DNA of 64,000 nt, taken from Camelus dromedarius (lineage: Eukaryota). Shown here in pieces: positions 35,545-47,824 of this stretch. Both the position numbers and the translations under genes were made by a program. Location of the stretch: assembly GCF_036321535.1 (NCBI RefSeq), contig NC_087442.1, forward strand, positions 36,146,001 through 36,210,000. The letters run 5' to 3'. How positions within the stretch are numbered: position 1 is the stretch's first letter; the number at the start of each line of letters is the position of its first letter. The notes under the pieces were generated by a model. The model saw only the letters and a program-made list of their open reading frames with translations. It was not told the origin of the DNA and did no database searches.

Positions 35545-36015
35545 TATTCATTCATTCTTTGATGGGACAAATAATTTTGTCCATGCCTGTTATAAGCCAG
35601 GCATTCTTCTAGACCCTGGGGGTGCAGCAGTGAATAGGAAGGACCAGGAGCCTGCTCTCAGGGAGACAGCGAGGGAGACAGCCAGGCAACCAGGAGGTGA
35701 CTGGTGCTCTGAAGAAAGTAAAGAATGAAGGATGAAGAGCGGGACCCAGGGAGAGGCCTCACGTGGGAAGAACAATCAGGAAGGGGACTAGAGCGCTGAG
35801 GAAGAGTGGCCACATCCAGAGCTTGGGAGTCTTTCAGGCAAAGAAAGCTCCTGAAAACCCAAGGCCAGGGGTATTCAAGGCACATCGGACAGGCAGACAG
35901 CTGAAGCCCAGCGAGGATGTGGGGGAGCTGGGGGCCTTGGCAGGCAGAGCTCAGAGGTAAGCACGCTCACTGATGGAGCGTCTTGTAGGCCATGATGGGA
36001 GTTCCATATTTCTCA
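35545..36015 (-). mobile_element. L2a 3' region
   Basis: attcattcattc...gccaggcattcttctagaccctgggggtgcagcagtgaatagg...cctgctctcaggg...cttgtaggccatgatgggag. Confidence 0.8.
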
Positions 36016-36989
36016 TTTTATTTTAAATTTACTCTTAATCTTGGTTTAATTATTTATTATTAAGCCACTTATAATTAAGGTTTTTACCTTTTTTTTTATT
36101 CCATCAACTTCCAAAATGGCTTTGTGGTAACTTACATATATGATATAACCTACATGTATTCATGTTTACATAATAAACACAGGTCCATTCAAATAAAAGC
36201 TGAAGACCATTTAGAGGGAGAATGAAGTAATAGGTACTGGGATTGAGAATTAAAAATTTAGTTCTGTGTTTCCTCAGAGCCAGGGTTAAAAAAAAAGAAA
36301 GAAAGAAAATGATGGCTTATGTAATTCTGATTAGTTAAAAGGGAAGGCTATCTGTTCTTAAGAGAAGAAACTTCTAAAATAAATCTGAAACATAATGTAT
36401 TCCATTGGGTCTTATACAAGAAACATCAATAATTCTCTTTATGAATATTAAATACCTAATATATGCAAACTGTTGACACTGGGGAATACAGACCTTAATT
36501 AGACATAAATTCTGCCTTCTATGAGCTTGCAGGTTAATAAGATGTATAACAAACGTACACAAAAAGCTATACTACAAAGCATGAGATGTAAAATAAATAT
36601 GACTCATTTTCAGAGTCTCTAGAAATGGGCTTTCATGGAATTTTGTGTCAGTCACAGGTATAGCGTTAAAGCATGACTCTGCAAGCCCTTCATGGTTAGA
36701 GGTAAGAGTTAAAGTAACCAGTCAGGTTTCTAGCTTTTCCATAATCCAAGGACTTAACACACGGTACCCAGGGGCAGGGCAGCAGGGCAGGTTCTGTACG
36801 CTGTCCCTCTCTGCTCTCACTCATCTCACACGCAGGAGCTGGTCCTCATTCAGTTCAAAGGTGACTCTTCGTCGAAGCCTGGGATGCAGGTTCTGCATTG
36901 CTAATTGAAGAGACACGTGTGCTTTGGATATCGGATGTGTAGGTGAAAAATTGACATTCTTATGAAAATTGAATAGGGCTCTTTTTCTT

Positions 36990-37460
36990 TAATAGAAAAT
37001 AGGATATATTTTAATAATACACGTTTTATGTAAAACCAATTCAAGTTTAGAGATGAATGGAAAATGAAGTATCAGTAAAGGAAAGAATGCTTATAATTCA
37101 TCTATCCAGCTAAAAACACTGCTGATTTTAATCTATGTTCTCTCAGACATTTTCCTATGTATGTATATGGGGAGGGGACCACACCGTCTAAACCAATCTT
37201 GGTCCCCTTTTTCTCATCTCTTTAAACATCATGACATGCAATTCAGTGATGTCATTAGTAACTGCTACATGGCGGTCTAGTGTATGCACTGAAATCACAG
37301 GATATAAATGTATCATTATTTATTTAACTAATCTTCTAGAGTTGACACAGAAGTTGCTCCTGATTTTTCGTGTTAGAATCAATGCTGGATTGAACAGTCT
37401 TTAAAATACATCTTTTCACACTTTTTCAGTTTTCTGTAATACTTCCCTAGAAGTGGGGAG
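36990..37460 (-). mobile_element. L1ME-like 3' fragment
   Basis: aatcaatgctggattgaacagtctttaaaatacatc...acttccctagaagtggg and actgctacatg...ttatttaactaatc reverse L1M motifs. Confidence 0.6.
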
Positions 37461-37679
37461 AACAGTGATTTGGGGTAACGATCCTAGTTCTAAATGAGTC
37501 ACACACATACCCGAAGCTTTTCCTTAAGACCTCTGCTGTTTGACTAACTGCAGGTGATGCTAAGCTATCCTTTATACAAAAGGAAAGGGGGGCCTCAAAA
37601 AACTATATTAGTCCCTGAATTTTAGAGTCTCATTTGTTTTTCCTTTCTTCCCACCCTAACCCCATTAATTCCCTTAAGT

Positions 37680-38015
37680 GAGTAACCCAAGCCAGAGCAT
37701 GGATGGCACTGTCAGTTCCTGCTTTCTCAACACCTACCAGATCCAATTAGTCACGAAGTTCTTAAAGTTCTGCCTCCTATAAAATGCTGCCTTCCTCCCA
37801 CTCAGTTCATCTGGCGCTGATCACTGGCCCTGGATCCCTATGGAATATTCTAAATGCTCTCCTCTTCTTGGGACTGGCTCACCCTCTAACCCATCTTTCA
37901 TAGTTCATTTTAACATAAATCTGATAGATAATGCCACACTCTGCCTCAGAGTTTGTAATGGTGCCATATTGCTTTCTAGATAAAATTCCAGCCCCACCGC
38001 TTGGCATTCAGGCTT
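37680..38015 (+). mobile_element. L2 fragment
   Basis: acacctaccagatccaattagtcacgaagttct...aaatctgata...ctagataaaattccagcc...cttggcattcaggc. Confidence 0.65.
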
Positions 38016-38929
38016 CTGTTGCTGGACCAAGTTGCCCAGGCTGAGTCCTGAGAATCTGTGTGTTTTAAATCTCTCCTGTAATTTCAGTGCAAGCAGCTTG
38101 ACCCTTCCTGAGTCCCAGGATGAGCATGTAGGAGGCACTGGTCCAGAACCCACTCTAGAGCAAAAGGCCAGCTACAGCTGGAAACTTCCCTCAGCCATCG
38201 CTTCAAATTATCCAGCACAATGTGATTATTTTAGGAAAAATTTCAAAAGCATTCCACCAAAGAGCAGCATGTTTGCAAGTATAGATTAGAAAATCATTTC
38301 CATTTAGAAAGCCTAATTTAATTAAGTGACACAATTTTTAAGCTACAAAAGCTTTTTCCTGCTGAGTCAGGATTTTTTTGCTTCTCGGCTAACACAAAAC
38401 AGGTAGTGGAAATTAGAGACGCTACATGCTTGCCTGCATCAAAGTTCACTGTATAAGGTATTGGTCTGTGATGTAGAAGGGCAAGAGGCTTTTTTGTTCA
38501 AATTTTATTAAAGCACATGTGAAACTTTTTTTTTTAATTAAGACATGTAAAATTTAGCTTCCTTAGAAAAATACTTAACAGCCACTCAACTCTTCGTATT
38601 TCTTAGGAAATGATATTCATAAATATCATCGAATTTTAAAAAAAGAAAAGAAAAGAAAAAGATTTTGGAACAGTTGCATGTTTTCCTGGGATTAATGTCA
38701 CCATTTTAAAGAAAAAGTACATTTATGAGACTAAAGAAGATACTGCAGTAATAGTTTATTTCATCTCATCTCTTGCTAATCCTCAAGGAGTTTGGTGAAC
38801 TAAAACTCCCTAATACTTATGCCAGGTAATGTGACCACCCAATATAGTCATGAATATCATTAATACTACTTCTGAAAGGTGCCAAGTTGGAATTTTAAAA
38901 CAATTTGGTTACTTTACTTTCTGTCTCCT

Positions 38930-39034
38930 CCACTAAAATGTCATTTCCATGAAGCCAGAGTCTCTGTCTTGTTCCCACTGGGTCTCCAGCCCCTGGTTCA
39001 TGGTAGGCACAGTAAATACCTGCTGAGCTAATGA
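38930..39034 (+). mobile_element. L2 3' terminus
   Basis: ccactaaaatgtcatttccatgaagccagag...catggtaggcacagtaaatacctgctgagctaatga. Confidence 0.75.
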
Positions 39035-39432
39035 CTGCATGCCAAAGAGTGAAGACTTTGTGTAGTATACTCCTCTGTGGAGATATAAAAAGGGAGAGAA
39101 ATTTGATCCTCGACCTGAAGGAAGCTTGTGAGAGTAGAGACTACATTTTTTTCCTAGCCCACCTGATTCGTCAAATTACGATTATGCTGTGTGCATTGCA
39201 GCATGATTCTCAGTAGAAAATCAATTTTATCTTCTTCCATATTGATCCTCTCTCCTCCCCTTGATACACATCATCAATACATATATTCCAGAGTTGTCAT
39301 TAATGTATGTGGAAGGGGCAACTTCCTCATAGCACATTTAACTATCTCCTGGTATGTTGAGAGGTTAAAAAGTAGTTTTCAAAACTACTGTAGGTAAGAA
39401 GTTGAGGAGATACTGGGCTAAATGATCTACAT

Positions 39433-39673
39433 CAGTGTTATTCAAAACGCTGGTCAGTGGGCTCTTTGTAATTGATCTGTAACAGAATGTGAATCAACTA
39501 TGTCATTAAGTACATAATTTAGTTCAGTTTATATCTGTTTCCTGGTAAGACTTCCCCAGTGAAGGAAGCGGTGCATTGACTTGCATCCTCATACAAGCTC
39601 TTTTATCTTGTGGACAGATCTCAAGCAATTCCCAGACTAGCCCTGCTCTATAACCACACCTTAAACAGCACTG
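39433..39673. mobile_element. Complete hAT-Charlie MITE with TIRs and TSD (MER117/MER119-like; family uncertain)
   Basis: Termini cagtgttattcaaa / ttaaacagcactg; 8-bp flanks atctacat / atcttcat (7/8); internal gtgaatcaact...tttagttcag...gaaggaagcggtgcattga. Confidence 0.8.
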
Positions 39674-39779
39674 ATCTTCATCAGAGTCTTGTCTAGTTCA
39701 AGGAATCTTCAAACTGCCTTTAGAAAGTATCATTTTCAGTTTGTTAAGTGGTTATTTCTCCAATAATTAATTTTCTGAT

Positions 39780-42470
39780 AGTAATTAATATAAACAATAT
39801 AATTAATTACATATACAGATAGATGGGTAGATAATGTTATGTCAAGCAGTAACAATGTCATGGAAAAATATAAACAAGGTTAAAGAGTTAGAGAAGGGTA
39901 GAGGCTGCTTTTTCAGTTAGAGGGCTCATGGGTGGTTTCTTTGAGGAGGTGATGCTGGAGCAGTGAGAGAAGCCTATATAATTATAGCTGGGGAAGAGCA
40001 TTCTAGGAAAAGAGAAGAGTAGTCTCAAAGGGTTTGAGATGGGAGCAAGCTTGGTGTATTTTAAAAACAGCAAGACAGTCAGTGTGCCTGAAAGGCAGTG
40101 AACACGGAGGGCGGTGTGGGACTGGGTCAGAGAGCCAGCCAAGCGCCAGATTTTGCAGGGCCACATAAGCAGTAGTAAGAACCTTGGCTTTTGCTTTGAG
40201 TGAGATATGGAGCCCTTGAAGGGTTGTGAGCACAGGAGTGACATGAATGATCTGACAGGTTTAAAGGACCACTGTGACTACAGAGGAGTAAAGGTGAAAT
40301 GAGGCAGATGAGGAAGCTGTTGCTGCAGATCAGTCAAGGGATGAGTGATGGCTTAGACTAAGGTGGAAGGGCTGGAGATGATAAGGAGTGGTCGTGTTCT
40401 GAACTTGTTTTAAAGGCAGAGCCAATAGGATATGCTGGCTGGATGTGACAGGTTGGGCATGGGGTAGGGAAGAATGAGCGAAGTCAAAGACAACTATGGG
40501 TTTCTATGGCATCATTTGTGGAGATGAGGAACACTGGGAAAGAACGATTGGAGTGAGGGAAGAGGAAGAAAGAGTTGAGTTTGGACCTGTTGGATGTGAG
40601 ACGCCTGAAAGACATCCAAGTGCAGATGTGGAGAGAGCAGTGCAATAGATACATGTGACTCCAAGGAAGGGGCTGGGACTAGAGATGTAATAGGGAGTCG
40701 ACCACACATAGACGGTACTAGCTCAGATCATCTAGAGAGCAAGTGAAGACAGAGAGCCAAGGACCAAACTCAGGGCACTCCCAACAGTTAGAGATCAGAA
40801 AGGTGAGAAAAACTCAGCAAACGATACCAAGAAGGAGATGCTGGGAGGTAGGAAGTACTCAGACAAGTGTGGTACTATGAATGCCAGGAGAAGAAAGACT
40901 TTTTTTAGGAAGTGGTAGTAATCATCTGTTTCGAAGTCTATTGTAAAATGAAGATTGCAAATTATCTGTCGGAACAAGCCTTATGGAAGTCATTGGTGCT
41001 CATGATTAGAGCAGTTTCAGCTCTAATTCACTGCCTATTAGAGAAGTTCTCTTGTGATTGATTTTAGTTTCTTAGTGAAATGGGACTCACTTATCTGATG
41101 AAAACTGAAAAGGAAGGGGTGGGGCCTTGGAGGCTTACAAATAGAGGTGAGGCTATGAAGAGTGAATCAAGACGGAAGTGCAGTAGGATTAACTGATAAG
41201 TAAGAATTCACTTGTCAGTTGAGGTCATAGATTGAAAATGACACCAGAGGCACCATTATGTTCTCTCCTTCAGCCACTCAACTGTGCAGGTGGGCGGGGG
41301 CAGAGAATAGGATTTAAAGAAGTTTTTTTTTTTTTTTTTTTTTTTGGCTGGCACAATATGATGGAGGGAAGAGGTTCTGGGTATTTGGGAGCAGATGTAA
41401 GGGAGTGATTGTAATTATAATGAATAGAAATTAGGTAAAGATGAAAGCGAATACACGAATGGGGTGATAGGCAAGGAAAAGGTGGCAATGCCAAAGGTCA
41501 CAGTAGCTTCAAAGAATGTTTGGAATGGAGATATTAGAAAGAGTGAGTTGGAAAGATGAGATAGTAGTTGTAAACTTGAGACCTTGGTGATGATTCTGTA
41601 TCAGCAATGACAATGTTTAGGATACAGTCACAGCGATGATGGGCTGTGATGGACTAGATCACTGGTTGAGGAGGCTGTGTAACTGAGAAGCTAGATGTTG
41701 GATGCGTCCTCTGTGAGGATATTGAAATTACTAAGAATAATAACAGAATGATGGCAAAGGAAAAGAAGGGTAAGAAAATCTCAAATAAATTCTGAGCATG
41801 ACCAGGAGGAGAGTAAATAACATAAGGAGGGTTAGTGGGTAGTGTCGTCTGATGGCAATCATCTCAAAGGAACCGGGCAGGGGTCAGGGATTAGAAAGGA
41901 CAGGTGTCTGGAAGCAGCAGGGAGAAGCAAGGACGACCTATCCAACCTCCACTATCAGTAGTACCGAGCGGTAGCAGGAAGCACTTGAGAAGGTCACAAG
42001 GGAAAATAATCCCTTAGGAAGTCAGCCAGGTTTCCATCAGGCAAGAAAGGGGAACAAATGCTTGGAGAAGCTGCGGAGAATTCACTGATGACAGACCTTG
42101 GGTTTCAGAGGGCACACAGGAAAGGTTTGCAGATGGTGGGAGGGGTGGCCAGAGCTTCAGGCAGATTTGGGAGTAAGCAGAACCTTCGGGAATGCAGACC
42201 TGTGGGAGTTTGGGGGATGGGGAATGAGCCGGAGTCATGACTGAGGCACCCAGGAAAGAGAGGCATGACAGGCAGTTTCTGGTGGGGTCTCAGAGAGCGC
42301 AGGGTACTCTCAGTGCTGAAAGTTACTTATGGGGACTGGTCTCTTTGGTGCATGAAGAGGTGGGAAGGCTTGGAGGAGAGAGAGCAGAAATTGAAGCCAA
42401 GGGCACTCTGAGGACTCCTTGGAGGCTAAGGAGAGTGGTCTGACAGGGACTGCAGAGGTCTAGAGATTTT
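39780..42470 (-). mobile_element. Long (~2.7 kb) L2 LINE relic covering the EN and RT regions
   Basis: Continuous purine-rich plus strand with L2 motifs (tggacctgttggatgtgagacgcctg...gacatccaagtg). Minus-strand ORF remnants LMETWLT (endonuclease ETWL), FETDDY..F...SFLVSFA and YYISSP (RT region). The 5' boundary is uncertain. Confidence 0.8.
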
Positions 42471-44269
42471 GCCTCAATCCTGTCAAGAATAACCTCAAGG
42501 CTTCCAGAAGCCATTCTCCTTCAATTATCCATTATCTTCTCTAGAATAGAAAATCACCATCCAGTGATTGGGGTCTTTGCCCGAATGTATTTCAGAATAA
42601 CTAGGTTGGTCGAGTGCTTCAGCGAAGACTGTTTTTACGGAGAGCACTTCACATTTGCATTGGAAAAGAGCTAGGGCTGTCTTCTCCACAGACACAAGGC
42701 TGACAGCATTAAAATAGCTTTGGCTGTCCCTTGGGGAGATCACAGTTGGTGGGAAAGTGACAATATTACCACGGAACGTAACTTGGAAATGATTTTCCTT
42801 TGCTCACCACTAGACATTTTGGACTTGGGAAACTCAGACTGTCAGAGGAGTGAAGTGGTTAATGGGAGAGGGCAGTGGAGACATGCTTCAGCTAATCATT
42901 TCTTGTCATTCCTTTTCTTGCATCAAACCAACAGACCGCTCATTATTTACCTATTATAAGTGCAGCTTTCTTGCTTTTCCCGTTCCAAAATAAGTCATTG
43001 AAAAATTGCCCAACTGATGATTTTTATATAAGCAAAACGTATTTTTGATGATAGTCTTTTCAACAATGAAGCTTTGTCTCTACAGGATGTCACGAGATGG
43101 CCTCACTTGGTAGTCTTGAAGTCTAATTAGTTTTCTTGTATTCCTCGGTGTGTTTTTAAGCAGTAAAATATAACTTGTTGGATACAGTGACCTTTTTTCT
43201 TATATGCACAATCTGATTTCAAAATTGTCCTTTACAAACATATAATACATTGATTGATCTGACGGCATTTGGGTCTAAAATTACTTCTTGGATATAGAAG
43301 AGACCAAGGCCTTGTTTCCAAAGTTTCTGACTTAATTATTTTCTTTCAAAAAAGAGAAGGCAAATTCAGAATTTGAAGAGAATTATTGATTTTTCTTCGG
43401 ACCAGTTCCTGAGTCAACATGTTTATAGCCTTAAGGACACCCAAGACAAAAGAAGGTTTTTAGAAAGGGAGCAGATATGGAGAGATAAATTTGAATCAGG
43501 CATCTATTAATGCATCAGGCACTGACTAAGAGAGAAACATAAAAATGAAAAAAGGATCTTGTCTCAAGCATCAAATGATCTAGCAGTGGAAACACATAAA
43601 CCAGTTCCCCTGTTGAATTCCATTAGGCTTAAGTAGAGGACGTGGAAATAGTTTATTGTCTTGGAGGAGGAACAAGAGTAGGTAGGGGATGGGGCGGGGC
43701 GGGGGGGGGAGCTGGGAGCCTACAAATTGCAGAAGACATTTGAATTGGTCTTTGGAAGATGATTCAGAATTTGCCACATCCAAGGTGTGAGGGAAAGGTC
43801 ACCTGAGAAGGAATTCAAAGAGGAAGTGACAGCCTGAGCAAAAGACTGTAGGCACAGATAAAGTAGCCTTTGGGACCCTGGGGAGGCAGTAAGGGGCAGA
43901 AAGATGGCACAACTCTGACTGAGATTCCTGGCACCCTACCTTTGACAGATTTAGCTAGAATCGAAAGCTGTATATGTGTTTCCAAGACATTATGAAAAAC
44001 ACTCATTTTTATTTGTTACTCAGAGACATTCAGAAATCAAATTGTTTTACCAAAATAGTACAGAATTAGACCATTTTTCTCTGATGTGTCTTTAATTCAT
44101 CTGGTGGGTGTTCTCATAAAGGAAAGCTTTATACCTGTTCAATGTGTTATTATTCCAAATCCATTTACTTGGGAATTTGTTCTTAAAAAATGAATTCTCC
44201 AACTTTTGGTGAAGAGGGCCAAGGGAGGAAGTGGTGAGAATTAGGAGAGATGTGATGGTGTCGAGAAAG

Positions 44270-44480
44270 CAGCAGAGGATTTGAGCCTAGAGTGGAGGCT
44301 TGTTTCCTAGTATAAGCTATGTGACCGAGACTGAAGTCACTTGACCTCCTGGAGTTTGTTCTTTCCTCTGTTTAGGGGGAACTGATGAGTTAGTTCTGAG
44401 ACATCAGATAGCATGTGTGAGGTAATGTGAAAGCCTTTTTGTGTGCCTTAAAGCACAATAGACATGCGAGTTGTTAGTGA
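44270..44480 (+). mobile_element. MIR SINE, degraded
   Basis: gctatgtgacc...aagtcacttgacctcctggagttt...gaggtaatgtgaaagcc...aaagcacaatagacatgcgagtt. Confidence 0.65.
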
Positions 44481-44549
44481 CACTAATCTCTCAGTTGTAA
44501 ACTTTGCTCTGTTAAGACCCCAGGGTTGTAGATTGCACAAAAACTTGGA

Positions 44550-44733
44550 GAATGACTCTCAAACTTTGGGGTCCAGGAACATTGCTCACCTCGTGTATTT
44601 GTACAAATGCCTCCTGCAGAATTTCTGATTCAGTAGGACTGAATAAGGGTAGGGTTTAGGAATCTACTTTTTAAACAGGTATCCCTTGTGATTCCAAAGA
44701 GGGTGATCCAAGGAGACCATTTTTTGCAAAACT
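44550..44733. mobile_element. MER5A-type MITE
   Basis: tctcaaacttt...cagaatttctgattcagtagg...ggaatctactttttaaacagg...gaccattttttgcaaaactg. Confidence 0.75.
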
Positions 44734-45199
44734 GTTCCAAAAGGTCTGAAAAGATATACGCACCCAGCTAAATCAGGCCAGAAAGTGCTCAACCTATTAA
44801 TTAAACCTTGGATTCTGACCTTCCTAGAGAAATGCACATTCCCCTTGTTGAGATCTGAGGGTTCTTTTTGACATGTGCCACAGCTGAAGTTTGCCTTGCT
44901 ACCTTGGGTGAAATCAAGAAGGCAATCACCTTTTTGAAGTAATGTGATTGTGTTTGCGGTGGAAGATCGAAGCCCCGATTACCCCACCTGCCACTGAGCA
45001 CAGGCCCGTGGACTCTCTCTGCCCCTTCTCATCAGGTCGATCCTTCAATTGACAGCAGTGTCCCCCTGTGAGAATCAGTCTAACTACCTTCCAGAGACTC
45101 TGTCCTTCCCCTGTTTCTCCACCAGCCCTGCCCCAAGGGCATCTGCCATCAGATACTCGTAAGCATTTAATCTGAACCCTAATCCTGATACTTAGTGGT

Positions 45200-45340
45200 T
45201 CTGTGACCTCCAGCAGTTCCTACTTTCCTGGTTTCCATTTCTCAGCCGTAAATGAGGACGACATACCTAGCTCTCTGCACTGCTCTGAAGATGAAATGAG
45301 ATGGCTTCGTGCTCTACGTGAGCCTGCTGTGTGGGGTCCT
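45200..45340 (+). mobile_element. MIR SINE core
   Basis: tgtgacctc...ggtttccatttctcagccgtaaatgagg...catacct...gaagatgaaatgagatg. Confidence 0.7.
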
Positions 45341-45366
45341 CCATCCAGACCGTAGTGAGCTCATAC

Positions 45367-46023
45367 TGTTACCGACAGATGCAACCGGTGTTCCAGGTTC
45401 TTGTCCCGTCCCAGAAAGAATTCAGAGACAAGACATAGTGGTTAAAAAAGGTAAAGTGAGGATTTACTAAAGGGTGGATACTCCACTCTCAGGGGAGAGC
45501 AGGCAGGCTCAGGTGAGCGGCTGCCCTGAGTTTCTTTGGCAAGTTGGCTACATAGGGTATAAAAATGAATGGGCAGAATATTCACTGGGGAGGGAAGGGT
45601 TTGGGGCCGTATTCCCTGATTATCATCCCAACTCCACCTTCCCAAAGGGAGGAGGGATTTTTGTCCTTATTTAGTCTGGATTGGAAGTGTCATGGCGTCG
45701 GTGCATGATGGGAACTTCTGATCTGCAAGGCTAATTTTATTGAAATGAGGGCATAATGAGCAAAAGGTTACATTCAGACACTAGAAATTCCTGCCTTTTC
45801 TCACCTTTCTTTGTTCTTCTCCAGGCCACTTGTCATCCCAAAAAGCATGATCCCTTATCAGCCCCAAGGTTCCTGCTTTTCTTTCTCTGCCCAGGGATCC
45901 CTGCTGCTTACATGATGTGTAGTTTCCTGCATTTGGCCCGTGCCCCTCCTTTCTGCCCAATTCCTGCCATTTGGTCTGTGACCCCTTTCTCTGCTCATAG
46001 CTAGCTATCTGCCTGCTCTAAGG
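45367..46023 (-). mobile_element. ERV1-like solo LTR, relatively young (657 bp)
   Basis: Plus strand starts tgttac (LTR 3' end GTAACA). AGTAAA polyA-signal variant on the minus strand (tttact at about 45464). Many intact CpGs. 4-bp TSD atac at 45363-66 and 46024-27. Confidence 0.85.
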
Positions 46024-46235
46024 ATACCTCACAGCATCTTGTGTGTTTATGCTTTTCTGAGCAAGGACAGTGTCTTTGGAAAGCCTGCCTAGGAATCAGA
46101 GCAAGGGTTCAAGTTTTAGGCATGGGATCAAGAACATTAAAATTTTCAGTGCAAGTTTATTGGCTTCTGAATAAAGATGGTAATTTTGCATTGAAATGTT
46201 TAATTCTCTTTGCAATATTTCCCTTAAGATTACCA

Positions 46236-46240
46236 GCGCG

Positions 46241-46271
<31 letters not shown>

Positions 46272-46272
46272 A
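46236..46272. repeat. Compound (GC)7(AC)n alternating purine-pyrimidine microsatellite
   Basis: Seen directly. Confidence 0.97.
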
Positions 46273-46439
46273 ACATACTGTCCCAGGCCTAAAGCAAGGA
46301 AGCATGAAATCCAGTCATTCATTCAGCAACACACTAACACGCACACCCATGAGATACCTGAGTCTCTGCCAGTCCATTTTACTCAGGCTAAAATCAGAAA
46401 TCACCTACATGTACAACAATAGGAAAAAAAGTAAATAAA

Positions 46440-46706
46440 TGGAAAACTGTGTTTTCCTTAAAGATGATGATTCATCAGCATAGCTATTTATATAAAAAAA
46501 TGGTATTTATGTTGTTATATAAAAAGATCTTAAAAACAATATGCACAATGTTATTCTAAAGCTATTCTCATGAAAACTTCTAGAAAGATATACACCAAAG
46601 TTTTTAAGTTTTTTTTTTGTAGATGCGATCATTCTTTAAAATATTGTTTATCTGTTTTTTCCAACTTAATTACACTGAAGTTAACATACTTGTGTAATAA
46701 ACAAAT
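46440..46706 (+). mobile_element. L1ME-like 3' end
   Basis: ctagaaagatatacaccaaagt...ttgtttatctgttttttccaac...catacttgtgtaataaa. Confidence 0.6.
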
Positions 46707-47409
46707 ATATCTAACAGATTGTAACAGTCAAGGCTTTCAGACATTAACTGCAGACCTAAAAAATACTTGCGCAGATAATTTGGGGCTTTGCTGTGGTGTT
46801 CATCTTTAGGTGAGGAGAGCCATACCTTTGTTCCATCATTTGGCACCCTGACCTCATGATATTGAAATGTTGCAAGAGTCTGTCATCTTCCTGTGGGGCC
46901 CCCAAGCCATGTTTGGGGGTAACAAAGAGATTTGTCTCCTCCAAGATCAGAAAGAACTCCAGTCCTCCTATGCTGTCTGTATTTTTTTCTTCCCCATCTA
47001 TTCCCACACCAGTAGAATTTCTCTTATGTAAATGGACCTCTCTTGAGAATCAATATGATGGTAAAGAATCTGTTGAGTCTTTTTTTCTTTTTCTTTTTTT
47101 TGAAAGCACTATTATAATCCCCACTTCCCCTCCATTCATTTTCATAATCGAGTCTAGAGTGATTGCTTTTTCTTTGAACCTTGCTTGAAAGTATCCCAGT
47201 CCCTTTACCTGGAGCCTTGAAGGTGAGAGCGATGATATGGACAGGCTGTCTTATTAATCAAACGTTTGCTCTGCACTGGGCATTAATCACATAAACCCAC
47301 ACAGCTGGATAAGATTCATTAGTGTCATCTTTCACTGCCCTTGTCTCCCTGTCCCACTCGCTCTCTGCGGCATTCATTAAAATGCCACCGATGCTTCTTC
47401 CGTGGCTGG

Positions 47410-47414
<5 letters not shown>

Positions 47415-47446
<32 letters not shown>
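47415..47446. repeat. (TC)16 microsatellite
   Basis: Seen directly. Confidence 0.97.
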
Positions 47447-47449
<3 letters not shown>

Positions 47450-47824
47450 TCCCGTGGCCAGGTACTGTGTTTGACCCCATGGGGACAAGGGAAGATCACT
47501 GAGAGGTTACCAAGAAGAGCATTTAATTAACGGGCCTCGGATGGCCTCTTTGACTGATTTCCTTTCAAATCTGCCTGGATCCTCCGGGAGCTTCTTCTCT
47601 GGATACATGTTCTACACTGAGCCAGATGGCAGTCCCCAGGGGCGGAGATGGGTCTCCACATGATACTGAGCATCTGTAATGCTGAGGGTTCGCCAGAGTG
47701 ACACACTTGTTCACCAGTCACTGCCCCTCAGCTGGAGACGTCCTACTGGTGCCCAGACCCTGCTTCCTGGTTCCCAGCCAGCTCCTTCTCCATCCACTTG
47801 CTAATTTCATATAGAGGTCTTTGA

